Assembly (NCBI GenBank): GCA_951406725.2
Contig: OX597815.1
Span: forward strand, 125,736,001 to 125,800,000
DNA: 64,000 nucleotides
From: Octopus vulgaris
Taxonomy: Eukaryota
Reading direction: 5' to 3'
Positions 1 to 13,421 of the stretch are shown piece by piece. The notes below the pieces were generated by a model. That model did not search any database. It saw only the letters and a list, made by a program, of their open reading frames with translations, and was not told the origin of the DNA. Position 1 is the stretch's first letter. Each line of letters opens with the position of its first letter. A program made the translations under genes and the position numbers.

Positions 1-237
1 ATTTTCGGAGCTGACAAATGTTTCTTACAAAGTTTAATGATTGAATCGTACCACAAAGATTCAAATTAGAAAAACAAAATGTTTTAGGAACTTAAGTCAT
101 AGGTTCTGAAACTTCTGATTAAATTGAAAATCTTTAATCCATTTTACAATGTAATCATGTTATAAACTTGACTTTTCTTCGAGTATTCAGTCTGCTGATG
201 TTTCGTTGTCATTCTCTAAACTAGCTTAAAATTAATT

Positions 238-458
238 CTTTTTACTATAGGCACAAAGCTTGAAATTTTGAGAGAGAGAGAGAGAGGATAATTCGATTAG
301 ATCGACCAAATGCTCAACTGGCATTATTTTATCGACCGCGAATGGATGAAAAGCAAAGTTGACCTCGGTAAAATTTGAACTCAGAATGTAGAGCCAGAAT
401 ATATACTATTAAGCATTTTGGCCGGAGTGCTAACTGTTCTGGCAACTCACCGTCTTAA
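238..458 (-). mobile_element. tRNA-derived SINE, family A
   Basis: Reverse complement of the family sequence GGCGGCGAGCTGGCAGAA...GAGTTCAAATT (B-box-like)...GGTCGACTTTG...CCTTGTGCCTATAGTAGAAAG. Confidence 0.8.
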
Positions 459-524
459 CTAGCTTTTAAAACAAAACTGTTTCTTATATTTAATTTTTGA
501 AGCAAAAATATAACTTTTAGATAT

Positions 525-736
525 ACTTTTCTAATCTAGGCACAAGACCCAAAATTTTGGGAGAGGGGGTCACTCGATTAGATAGACCCCAGTACGCAAC
601 TGGAACTTAATTTATCAATGCTAAAAGGATGAAAGGCAAAGTTGACCTTGGCGGAAATTGAACTCAGAACGTAAAGACAGACGGAATACCGTTAAGCATT
701 TCACCTGGCGTGCTAACGTTTCTGCCAGCTCGCCAC
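525..736 (-). mobile_element. tRNA-derived SINE, family A
   Basis: Well-preserved copy in tandem with 238-458. Confidence 0.85.
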
Positions 737-3368
737 ATTAGAGAAAATGTTATTACACTTCTTATATTTGATGGAACAGTTGGAAAAATCGAAGTTGTGA
801 GACTACATTTGCTCATTTTCATTAAATGTGAAGACATAAAGAAAATAATGCTTTAGAGTTGTCATTGTTCGCCGCGGAAAAAGAAAGAAAGAAAAAGATG
901 GGATGAGAACAAGAGGAAAGAAAACGCTTTGAGGTTTATAGAAACTTGTCCGTAGCTGATTTTCAACAGATGCAGCGGAATCATGTCAGAGACTAAGTTG
1001 AAAGCATGAAGGAACTTTTTAAAGCAAAGAGTATGACTAAGAAATAAATGAAAAATGAAGAGGTTTCCAAGCTCGTCACGGCGCCCTCTTATTCGACCGA
1101 ACATTGGAAAGTCGCTTCGCTGGCGATGGCACAACCTAAACTTTAAGGTTCAATAAAGCTTGCAAAGCACCTCAAGACCCTCCATATCCTACTGACATAA
1201 TCCAGAGACAACACACACACACACACACACACACATACAGAAATATGTACACACATGTACTTGTGTATTTGTGTATGTATGCATACATGTTTGCATGTAT
1301 GTATGTATGTATGTACGTGCATATGTTTATATGTACGTACGTACACCGTCGTCGTCATGTATCGTACGCTTTTACAGCATTTTGATAACACTACAGTGAA
1401 ACTCTCTCCAAATAAATGTGAGCAATCCCATCGAATGAAGCCATAGCGTTACTTCGTTCTGACTTTCTCACAGTGTTTTCTTGGCAGATATCGAAGTGGT
1501 TTTCCATTACCTTCCCCAAGTAGTTCAACCGGCCATCGACAGGTCTTGTATTTAGTCCTGCCTGGTGTCCAGACTCCCTCCTCTCAGGATTATCGGGCTA
1601 CTCAAGTCGGGGAATCGTTTAAATCGTCGACCAATCGACCATGAAACAGATTCTATTGGTTTACATTATACCAATAGCATGTCTCATCAGGGTGTGATGC
1701 AATTTTTTTACACAGATAAGTATGCCAAGAGAAGACCAAACTCTATGAGTATGGAATATTTTTGTATGTAGACTCATATGTAATGTTTATAATACAATCT
1801 TCTGATAATGTTACATGAAAATGGTAATATTTGGTGCTAAAAGCATAAAATTTATTTATCATCAGCTGTAGAGAGATAACTCCGTCATCCTAATTTCAAG
1901 GCTTATAATATTTCTCATCGGGATTAATTATAGTTGCTCCTTGAATTGAAGTTTGCAGCTTTTAGCTAGAAGTAAATAATACGTGTTGCACATTCACCGT
2001 AATAAAACAAGCAAATTACGACCAGGTATTAAAATGTTGCTGCAAGGCAAGATATATTGGAAACGTAGTTAAGTATTGCAAGCATTTATTATGAGCCTTC
2101 ATATAGAAATATTTGATAAGTATGGAACATTACACTTTATTTAAATTTGTTTAGTCAATTTTTGCTAGTCACTGAATCTAAAATGCAAACATAAAGCTAG
2201 GGAGTGGCTCTACATCCATCAGAAATAAACCAAATAAAGTTTGAAATCTGAATAGCGGAAAATTTCTTCATTTGTCAACAATTTAACCACAAATATTACC
2301 ATTTTGCTGAAAGATATTTCAATGTCATAAAAATTAAATATCATGCAGATTTATCATGCAGATTTACATATGCTTGTCCTCACCACAACGAACTGCTAAT
2401 ATTGAAATTACATTTCTTAGGTTTCTTATCGGTAGAGTCTAATGCATTTTTCAATTCCATGGGAGAACTGAATGTCAGATAAATAACGATAAATAACGAG
2501 GAAAACGAGAGGGAAACATGGTTAGGGTATGGTGACACACAATGAATAATGGAAGTTTATACATTACATACATACTTATATAAACTAGTTATGTTTGTAT
2601 ACATACGAGTTGTGTATATTTGTAATTAGCACTCTGATGTAGACTCAAAAGTGAAAAGTCATTCTCTGCGGTCATTGTCTCAGAGCTGAACTCTGAATAA
2701 TCATGTCATCCGACTGAAGTGGTTGCTCTCACTGATGAAGTAGAACCACGCAGAAACCCATGTCTGACTGTCCGGTGACGTCATTCTGGATCCAATTCGA
2801 TGTTCTTCTCCAAAGGTAGTATATAAGAATAAGCGCAGCGAACGCCTTTCCACGAGCGTGTCACACAGAAAGAGACTGCTGACAATGGATGAATATGAGG
2901 TAGAACACACCACTGACTTTGTATTTCTCAGAAGTATTGCACCAAACAGATAAAGGACGGGTCACACTAGTATCTTTACTGTTTGGATAAGAAACAAAGA
3001 TCTGGAACAGGTGGGATATCAACTAGTGACTTTAAATTGGGCTGTATAACGCATATATTTTCCTCCATTTGCAGTCTACACATCGGAAGCATAGACCTTA
3101 AAATCTGAAGATATAGCAGACAACGATGTTTGGAAATACATTGTTTATAGTCTATGCAAGGGGTATCATTACCAGAAAGGTGTAGACATACTTCCATTTC
3201 ATAAGAACGAAGAGACGCAAAATGTATCATATTTCAATTAAATGGCTTTGATATTTAAAATTGCTTATTCTATCTTAAGTACCTAGGATTGCCACAATTA
3301 CACACACACGCGCACATACATATACACATACACACACATATATATATATATATAAATACATGTATGTA

Positions 3369-3422
<54 letters not shown>

Positions 3423-4747
3423 CGCGTGTTTATAAAAGTGTGTAGAAAGTCACGGGCAGTGCAACAAGGAAAAGATTAGATGTAAATAAAAATGTAATCT
3501 TAAGACATTTAATAATCCATTATTTCGAATGAAAAATCACTTTTTCAAAGAGTAATGGGAACAGAAAGTGCGTTTTGGAGTTATTTGCACTTTCCAATAA
3601 TATATTCAAAATCATTTCAAGCAGCAAAGAAGACCGACGCCTTCACCAGTTCTCATCTCTGTTTGAATGAGGGTATTATCACTTGTAGAAGGTTACATGT
3701 TTTAAAGTAAACGTTACTGTTTGGTTCTTATTTATCTATAATCTTTCTTAACTATAATGACGTGACTCTCTAAATCAATGATGTTTTTTATATTCCGCAA
3801 TGCTTCAACATCCATGCGCACCCACATACACACACACATATATATATATATATACTGAGCGTATATGTATATGAGAGCTTATATGTATATGTTAGTAATA
3901 TGTGTATGTGTGTGTATGCATGTGTGTATATCTACGTATATATATATACACGCAAACACACACGCACCCATACTCTCACATGCATACGCATATGTGTCTG
4001 TGGAACGCTGAATGTTTTATGCTGTATCGGAACATATTGCGTGACCAATACCTATTCAGTATTAATAAGATAATATCAGTCTTAGTAAGATAATAATCTC
4101 CAGGATGTTTTGTAGTGATACATTTGCTAAAAAATAAGATGGCTACTGTATCAAACATCACGTAAACTAATTTCTCTGTGCTAATAAATCTGAAGCTTTG
4201 AGTCTATGAGAAGCTATATCACAAAATCACTACTATATTCATATTGAGCCGTGTTGAGACAATCAGTGGAGTGATTGACAAAATCATCCCAGTTTCCGCG
4301 ATAAAATATCTGTGGCCCTGTGCCTATATTTAAAAAAAGTGCTATTAAATTTTATTTGTAATATTTGAAACTAGCGCCCTAGAACTATATCAAACCCCGG
4401 AAAGCCTTTTGTTTGCAATGTAATTTCGAATTACTCCTGCGTTATTCTCGTATACGCGTATTCACGTATCTACCATATTCAGTGGCAGTCTATGACTGGC
4501 TGTGTTACGTCTAACCAAATATTTATCTATCGTCTGTTATACACTAAAAATAAATGAATGAATAAAGAACCATGTATCTGCCCTATAGATCCCCGAGATA
4601 GCATAATTATTGACCTTATCTTATCTACCAATATGAGCCCAGGGGGAAAATGTTAAGAATGTTTTTTCTTACCGTAATTTGACGATGTGGTGAAAGTGAT
4701 AGTGTAAATGTGACGAGGATGATAACAATAGTTTGGAGTGGGGTGTG

Positions 4748-4965
4748 AAGGCGGCGAGCTGGCAGAATCCTTAGTACAGCGGGCGAAATGCTCAGCGGCA
4801 TTTGGTCCGTCTTCACATTCTGAGTTCAAGTTCCGGCGAGGTCGACTTTACTTTTTATTCTTTCGGGATCGATAGAATAAGTACTAGTTGAGTACTGGGG
4901 TTGATGTATTTGACATACCCTCTCTCCTGAAATTGCTGGCATTGTGCCAAAATTTGAAAGCAATA
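4748..4965 (+). mobile_element. tRNA-derived SINE, family A
   Basis: GGCGGCGAGCTGGCAGAATCC...GAGTTCAAGTTCC...GAGGTCGACTTT...AATAAGTACTAGTTGAGTACTGGGG. Confidence 0.85.
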
Positions 4966-5425
4966 TAAGATTGGGTGCGTATGTGTAATAAATCCTTGGA
5001 AATAAACCTGCAATATAATCGCGATTTCTGAAAAGAAGTTCAAATGATTTTGAGTTGCCGTTTTTCTTTTCTGTTTAGGAATGCACGTATGTCACAACAC
5101 CTCTTTTGATTTTGTTGTTTTTCTGAAGCTACATATCCATGGAAGAGGTTGTTGCACCTACAGACGCTGTTGATGTTTTTGTTGCTATTTATTTGCATAT
5201 GCTAGTTGTATGTGTGTGTGTGTGTGAGTGAGTGTGTGTGAGTGAGTGTATGCGTATGTGTGCGTTTGTGTGTGTGTCTGTGGGTGTGCGTGTGTTTACA
5301 TGCATACATTTGTGTGTGTGTGAGTGTGTGGCGAGAGAAATAGAGAGGAGCTTATCTTTTATATGAATCTATAGGATTCATCCTTAAAATGATTTACACA
5401 TACACACACGCATGAGAGAGAGAGG

Positions 5426-5505
<80 letters not shown>

Positions 5506-5930
5506 CTTGTCCTTATTTTTTTTTTCTTTTTGGCAATTCACGTGAAAATCTATTTCGGAAAAGATATAGAGAAAGACAATCTTATCTTCATGTGGAGAGG
5601 GCCAATAAAAATGTTATGTCTTCTGCGTGTATAGCAAGAATAAAGGGTGAGAAAAGTTGAGAGGATAGACACAGAAAATGAGGTTCTGAAAGAGAATGAG
5701 TGAAAGAAATGCTGGAGAAATAAAGAATGAGGAGAGGATTGAATAAGTGAGAATGTAGATTTTTATACAAAATCTCGTGCAGCTTTGATTGAAATGATAA
5801 TATATTTTGCATGAAAATTGACACTCAATGATGACATAAAATATTGATGTTATAACAAAGACATATCCTCTTGTATGAGTGCAAATGCATAGAAGGAGAT
5901 GGCTTTCTTTGTAAAGATATTTAGGCATGT

Positions 5931-5985
<55 letters not shown>

Positions 5986-6106
5986 ATTAATAATATCAGG
6001 GTAATAAAGATTTTAGAAAATTTTAATACCAGTGGCCTAGCGCTTAGAAAAATTAGTCAATAGACTAATTTTATATTATTCATATAATTTTATATTATTC
6101 ATATAA

Positions 6107-6360
6107 AATACAGTGTACATTTAAACACATTAAGAGGTTCCCATCATAGGAATCCCTTACGCTAGAAGGAACAGCTAAAGTCCAAACCACTAATTAGGGA
6201 TAAATTCTGGAAGGGAATGAAAAATAAAAACATTTACCACATTTCGTTTTTCATTCCCTTCAAGAATTTATCCCTAAATAGTGGTTTGGACTTTAGCTGT
6301 TTCTTCTAGCGTAAGGGATTCCTATAATGGAAACCTCTTAATGTGTTTAAATATACGGTG

Positions 6361-6364
<4 letters not shown>
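6107..6364. repeat. Long inverted repeat (118-bp arms, 22-nt spacer) inside a TA-flanked island
   Basis: 6107-6224 is the reverse complement of 6247-6364 with only a few mismatches. Related sequence occurs at about 42418-42575. Confidence 0.95.
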
Positions 6365-6391
<27 letters not shown>

Positions 6392-6577
6392 ACTGCATGT
6401 ACATACACGCACAGACACACCCACATATGCTTTCTAAGCCACAATGGAAAAATAGGAAAACATATTGAAATTTTTTTTATTGAACATTGTAAAAAATGTT
6501 CAACAATTGCTATCAAAACTTGTCACATAGATAATCTCTCCCCCTTCTTCTCACTCTCTTTTTCTTTCCCCCTTCAC

Positions 6578-6621
<44 letters not shown>

Positions 6622-6622
6622 G

Positions 6623-6653
<31 letters not shown>

Positions 6654-8364
6654 GTATATATATATATATATATCTATGTATGTATATATATAAATGTATA
6701 TATATATGTATATATATATGTATGTATGTACATGTGTATGCGTGTATGTGTACGTATATATATATGTGTGTGTGTGTGAGTGTGTGTGAGTGTGTGTGTG
6801 TGTGTGTCTGTGTACATTTGTATATATATATATACATATATATGTGCATATATACAATCACATACACATTATATATGTATGTATGTGTGTGCATGTGTAT
6901 ATGCAAACACTCACACGTGCACACGCACACACACGCACACTTACAAAACAATGACATGCACATCCATCCTTGTCGTTGTATCATTCATTACACGATAAAA
7001 GTAAGAAATAAACTCAACCTGCTCGAATGCAATAATGTAAACAGAAACAATATAAAGTTTGTGAAATTCTTGTTAGACAATTTGCTAAACTGTAGGCTAT
7101 AACTGACGTTTTAAATAATAAATAATCAACATGTCAAGATAGTTTTAAATAGATCCGAGTTTATTCTTATAGCAGTCTTCATTTTTTCTTCTCGCCATTT
7201 TGTTGTTTAAACTTTCGATTTCATGTTTATTTTTGTTATGGAATTCATTCTTGAGGCCAAACAAATCTATACACTACGAAGCCTTACAATGGGCATCAAC
7301 TATACCTAAATGATTTGGTAACGTGAAATCTGTGTGCATTCATATTTTCTTCAATCAGGGCGGCGCAACGACTTAGCGTGGGCTGTGCGTTATGTACAAG
7401 TGTGGCTACTTTAGATACGTGTAATTACTGTAGTCGAAAGTATGTTACGTTTAAAGAAGCGGGCAGCCGATTTCGCTACCACATAAGCTGGCTAAAACCC
7501 ACTCTGCGCCAATGGGACAGTGAGGCGGCTCTCTGTGTTATGAGTTCACGTCATGCTGAGGTTAACTTCGCCTTGAGCCTTCGGGGCAGTGAGGTCAATA
7601 GAATGTAACCGGAGTCGGTGGTATCAGTTACTTCCCCACTCACCAACAATTGATGGATTTTTAATTAAACTATAAAAAATACTGATAGGGCACAGAAAGT
7701 GTGTCAATAGCCAACTTGAGAAGATGTTCTCCTGGAGCTACAAGCTACAGTAGCATCCACCCCTAGTGGTTAGCCACATTTAAGTGGAAAATATACTTCA
7801 CATATAAAAAAATATTTTCTTTAACCCTTTAGCATTCAGACTACTCCGTGAAATGTAATGCTTATTTATTCACATTATTTAGAATTGATCATGCATTATC
7901 ACGTAGCTTCGAGATTTTGATGTTGTGATTGTTTATTTTTAGAATGATATTGTTGGGTAGGTGTGACAGGCTGGATCTGTCTGGCGGATTCGGACATTAA
8001 AGTGGTGAATATTTTGGCCAGATATGGCCAATTTAATTACTAAAAATTTGACAAGAAGCTTAGTTTAAAGGATGAGAGCAGGTGAGAGAGAGGGAGAGAG
8101 AGGCGGGAAGAGGTTTAATTAATCAAACTGAGAAGAGCAAATCTGCAAGTCCCTTTCTTGACTAGTAACAATAGAAATTAATAATGTACAATGACTTCTA
8201 CACAAAGGGTTACTCCATCCCCTCAACGATTATATTTCATGAAATAAAGACGAATGAATTAATCTGCAATCTTTAGATGTTACGGTGAAATATAAAAATC
8301 GAAATATGACAATTAAATATTAATACGAAGCGATTCCATTAATCCATATATTTTACTCTATATG

Positions 8365-8477
<113 letters not shown>

Positions 8478-9766
8478 TGTGTGGGTGTGGGTGTGGGTGT
8501 GTGTGTGTACATTTGTCTACATCTCCATAACCAAACAGTTCGGCAAAAGAGATCAAGAAAATAGGAACTAGACTCATAAAATAAGTACGGAAATCGATTT
8601 GCTTGACTAAAAACCCTTCAAGGCGATATTCCAGTATGGATGAAGCCCAATGCCTGGAAGCAAGCAAAACATGAAAGATAAAAGAATACACGAAAGGCGT
8701 CCGTCCGGTTTCCGTCAACCGTATCCATTCTCAAGATATTGGATGGGCTGACGCTATACAAGAAAACCCTTGACCAAGGTGCTGTTCAGTGGTACTGAAC
8801 TTGAAGTCATGAAGTTTCAAAGCGAACTTCTTAACTATACAGCTTTGCTTATCCTTAAATCTATATATCCCCAAAAAGACCGGATGGTCAAAGCTAGCAT
8901 ACAAGGGCTATAAATGCTCCTCAGAATTAAAATTTTAGTTTAGAAATGATATTTTTATTTTTGAAATTCGTGTAAGAGCAACTGTGACGGTAAGGAAATT
9001 ATTTTCTAAAGGACTCTATAGATTGTTCAAAAGAAACCTAATTGTGAAGCTATAAACGAAATGGTCATCATTCTATCGACTGAAGCAAAAAGAAAAAAGA
9101 ATTTAATGAATTCTAATAAGAAACCAATATAGCAAAGAGCTTTAATTTAAATGGCATGTTTGCCAAAATTTTTGCCAAGATATCAACTGGTGTTTATGCT
9201 TACGATATTTAAGAAACATTCAATGCGTGTGCATGCATATGCGTGTTTGTGTCTTTAATGATTGTTAATTGGAAAGTGTTAATGGATTCATAATTTTCAG
9301 GGATCGCTTACTTTAGTATTGTTTGGTTTTCTTCATAGGTAACCTAATTAGTTCTGGACAATGGTTCGATATTGGTGTCTAGTTTTGGGAGGTTTTGTGG
9401 CATATATTTAGCATTGCTATAAAATATTTCAGGAAACATAGCCTCGAAGGAAACGAAGAATGAAGGTCACACAGTTGATATTAGGTCGTGCCTAAAATCA
9501 GTTCAGCTTGAAGCACCAATGAATTATTTATTTGCCTGTTGATATCTGTAGCGGTCAATGGTAGGTGTATGTTTTATAGTAGTTTGTGACATATAGTTCA
9601 TGTAATCTGCATGCTTCATTTCCTCTCATCTATATGTTCGTGGTTTACTTTATCTGATTAAAGCTAAGAAATGAAAAATTAAGCATCAGATTTAAGGGAC
9701 ACTATGGCTCTTGGAACTGTATCAGCCTTCAAACATGGCTAAGCACACACACACATATACACACAT

Positions 9767-9818
<52 letters not shown>

Positions 9819-9869
9819 ACACACATAAACATGTATATATACATATATGTGTATGTGTATATATATATA

Positions 9870-9952
<83 letters not shown>

Positions 9953-10300
9953 AGTATGTGTGTGTATGTGTGCGCGTGTATGTATATTGATGACTGTGTA
10001 TACATATATATGGATATGCTTTCATCCAGATGGCAATGCAATTCCTTTTTCCCATTTAGACACCGCTTTTACCAATCTGTCTGTTGTTGTATCTCTCTCT
10101 CTCTCTCTCTCTCTCCCTGTCTCTCTTCTTTCTTCCTCTTTCTCTCTTTCTTTTCCTCTCTGATTTCCTCCCCCCTCTCTCTCTAGCTTTTTCTGTGCAT
10201 ACATATGTGGGTGTGTCTGTGTGGGTGCGCATGTATGTACATGAATATGCATGCATTCATATGATGACTGGAGAAACCCATAATCATTCACAGGCACATA

Positions 10301-10355
<55 letters not shown>

Positions 10356-10754
10356 GCACACACAAGGAGAGGCATACACACACACACACAAAGACATAAC
10401 ACATTCACAGACACTAATTACAAACTAGCACATAAATCAACAAACAATACGAGCTTACTACAGTCATGTGAAACTCTGTTGATATGAATTATAAAAAAAT
10501 TACACACGCACACACATACAATGATCCACACATACACATGCAATCATACATACATACACACACGCACTCACAACATCCTTATCCTCATCACCACTATCAG
10601 TATCCATGTTAGTCAACCATGAGCTGAGTGGTAGACGCTTTCCGCCCACACACCTACTCCCACACATGAGCGTATCATGATAACAGTATCAATGACCTTC
10701 AGTTAACAAATACCTAGTTAAGCTGTTTGGTCTGTGCAAATTATAAACCGCTGT

Positions 10755-11175
10755 GATAACCACAGCCACCACTATCACCGCTACTACAATTACCACTGCA
10801 ACCAGCACAGCCACCATGACTACCATCACCGTCATCACTACCAGCACTGCCACTGTCGTCAGCACCGCTAGCACTACCACCACCAGTATCAGTACGACCA
10901 ATTCCGCCATCGCCACCACTACCATCACCACCACCACCACCACCACCACCACCATCCCCAGCACCGTTGCCACCAAAACCACCACCACCACCACCACCTC
11001 ACCTTCACCGTCATCATGATCATCGTCATAAGGATCACAATCATCATCTTCCAACTGCTACCACAACTACCACCACCGTCACCACCGACGACACTCCCAC
11101 CACTAATCACCATCATCATCCACATCTTCATAAACGTCATCAGCATCGTCATCATTGTCATCGTCATCATCATAT
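10755..11175. repeat. Degenerate (ACC)/(ATC) trinucleotide region
   Basis: Directly visible; gives poly-T/H/P/V artefact ORFs in several frames. Confidence 0.92.
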
Positions 11176-13389
11176 TACTAGCTTGTTGGCAGCAACAGTG
11201 GAGCGTGAGACGACATACAATTACACTCTACATATATTTTTTGTTCCTGTATGTTCTGAGTTCAATATTTTGCATTTCTTTCACCAGTCCATCAATTTTC
11301 ACAAAATAACTATTAAAAGTGAACCGCGCTGATTTAATCCCCTCTTCAACAGTTCTCCGAGAAATAAATTGTCCCTGTACTCTCCATCATTATTGACGGT
11401 ACTTCAAAGGCATTGCTTTGGTAGGATCTTTAGCGCGTTGTATAAAATGTCTTGCAATATTTGTTTAAACATTTTGAGTACTGAGTTCAAATCCCACTGC
11501 GGTGAGATTTTTTTCTCTTCTTTCTGGAATCGATTGAATAAAGTTTCATTCATGTACTGGGGTTGATTTAAAGCTAAATTTGTAGCTTTGTACTCTGTGA
11601 TAATGTAAATTATCAAGAAACAATAATGATAACTTGCCAAAAGAGCTTGTGTGCGCGCGCACGTGTGCATGAGAGGGAGAGAGAGAGTGAGAGAGAGAGA
11701 GAGAGAGAGAGAAGAAAATGCATTTTTGGATATATAATAAGCAGGGACGGTCATGGTTGGGACATTGTTGGTCATAAATCTGCTTAATCACAATTGATAT
11801 AGGCTAAACAAAAGCTAACGCATCAAGTAACGAAAGAAAACTCACATTTATCCAAATTACACGCCTTGGCACATGAATTCACAGTAATGAGCTCATAGCT
11901 TTTGTCTTTCCTCAAAAATATTAACGAAATAATTCGATATACACGGTTCATCGAGAATGTAGCTCAGTGTCACTGTTTCCCTCAACCTCCAACTACATTA
12001 TTAAATTTTTTATCCCTAATCCTTATATGTTAAACGCATCAAGGCTGCCAAATATATACCTATGGAAAAGCATAATGGCTTTGATGTGATTTTCAGTCGC
12101 GGACTAGTATGATAATCACCGATAAATCTCAAGAATTGCAATGTGCAGCACCCAATACACAGTCTGTTATTGATTGTTTTAAAAATTAGTATGAGATAAC
12201 TTAATCACTGAAGCCATTAAGAAAACCGTGACTATCACAAATTTCCATGTTGCTTAATTAATGAGTGCAGGTATAGATCTGAATTTGCTGGGAAATTAGT
12301 GTTTCGGGTTGAATTTCACTGCACGGTACTTTGGGCTATGAGTCAATCCTGGGCCTTGAGATCGAACAACGCGCTGTGAATGGAATTTGGTAGACGGAAA
12401 GTGTGTAGAAGAAGGGACCATTGCTGTTCTTGGGTCGTAGACTCAATTCATCGCACAGTTGAAACATCTCTACCTAGCCTTTCAGAACATTTAGTAGGGC
12501 TTAGCCTTGTGCAAACCCATAAATCTGATCTCTAGAATGAAACAAACTGACCTTTTCTTCTATTACTAGTCAAAACTGAAAAGGTTCTTAGACCTTCTGA
12601 TTAAATCATAAAATAAAATAATCTTACAACTTAACGGCTGATTTAGAATTCAATCCTATTTTAGCACTATTATTCTTTGTTGCACTTTTTGATTTTTCTT
12701 CCTTATCTTTATAGGTATTGATATATTGATTTCTTGCTTTGACACAAGAAAACGCATTTGAAGCGGAGGATATGGAGACAGTGTGACATTTACGATTTTT
12801 TTCTCGAAAGTCATTTCGATGAATTCTTTCCAACTGAGAATCGTAAATGGTGTCGCGGGACTCAACAGTTTGGCAATTCACCGCTAACTGTACAACACTT
12901 AGATGTATGTTAGGTGTGATATGTAAAAAAACATGGAAAAGGAAAAATAAATAAATGAAATACAAAATGTAAAATTTAATTAATAATTCAAGGCTAATGG
13001 AAATGGATTCGATAATCAGTAGAGAGTAATAGTAGATGCATTTTATAATTTTTAATTCGATACTGAAAATCAAATCCGACATAGGTTAACTTTATCTTTT
13101 TATCTCAACAAGATCGATAAAGCAAGTATCAGCTACGTGAATAAAAGAGTAATAACATTTATAGAGCAATTACTTAAATTTTGAAAGTTCAATAAACTGC
13201 TGTACTGAGATTATTAACTACCAACAGAAAACTATAGAAGTTGTAATCAATCGACCATATTGATATCTCTTAAAACAAAAAAAACGCTCGTTTCAGAAAA
13301 TAACGTTAGTTATAAATTCTAGGGTGAAAGAAATTAATAGAGACTTTGTTTCTAATATGTAAAATATACTTTCAGTTCGAGAGAGTGAA

Positions 13390-13421
<32 letters not shown>

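Noticed and set aside
2630-2675. CTGATGT...GAAAAGTC hammerhead-like string
   Set aside because: Core mismatch and no convincing stem I; plausible by chance in AT-rich DNA.
4748-4850. tRNA-like A/B boxes as tRNA genes
   Set aside because: They are heads of multi-copy SINEs and show no complete cloverleaf.
10689-11332. Mucin-like Thr-rich or His/Pro-rich ORFs
   Set aside because: Open in several frames on both strands because of degenerate ACC/ATC repeats; no splice or domain support.
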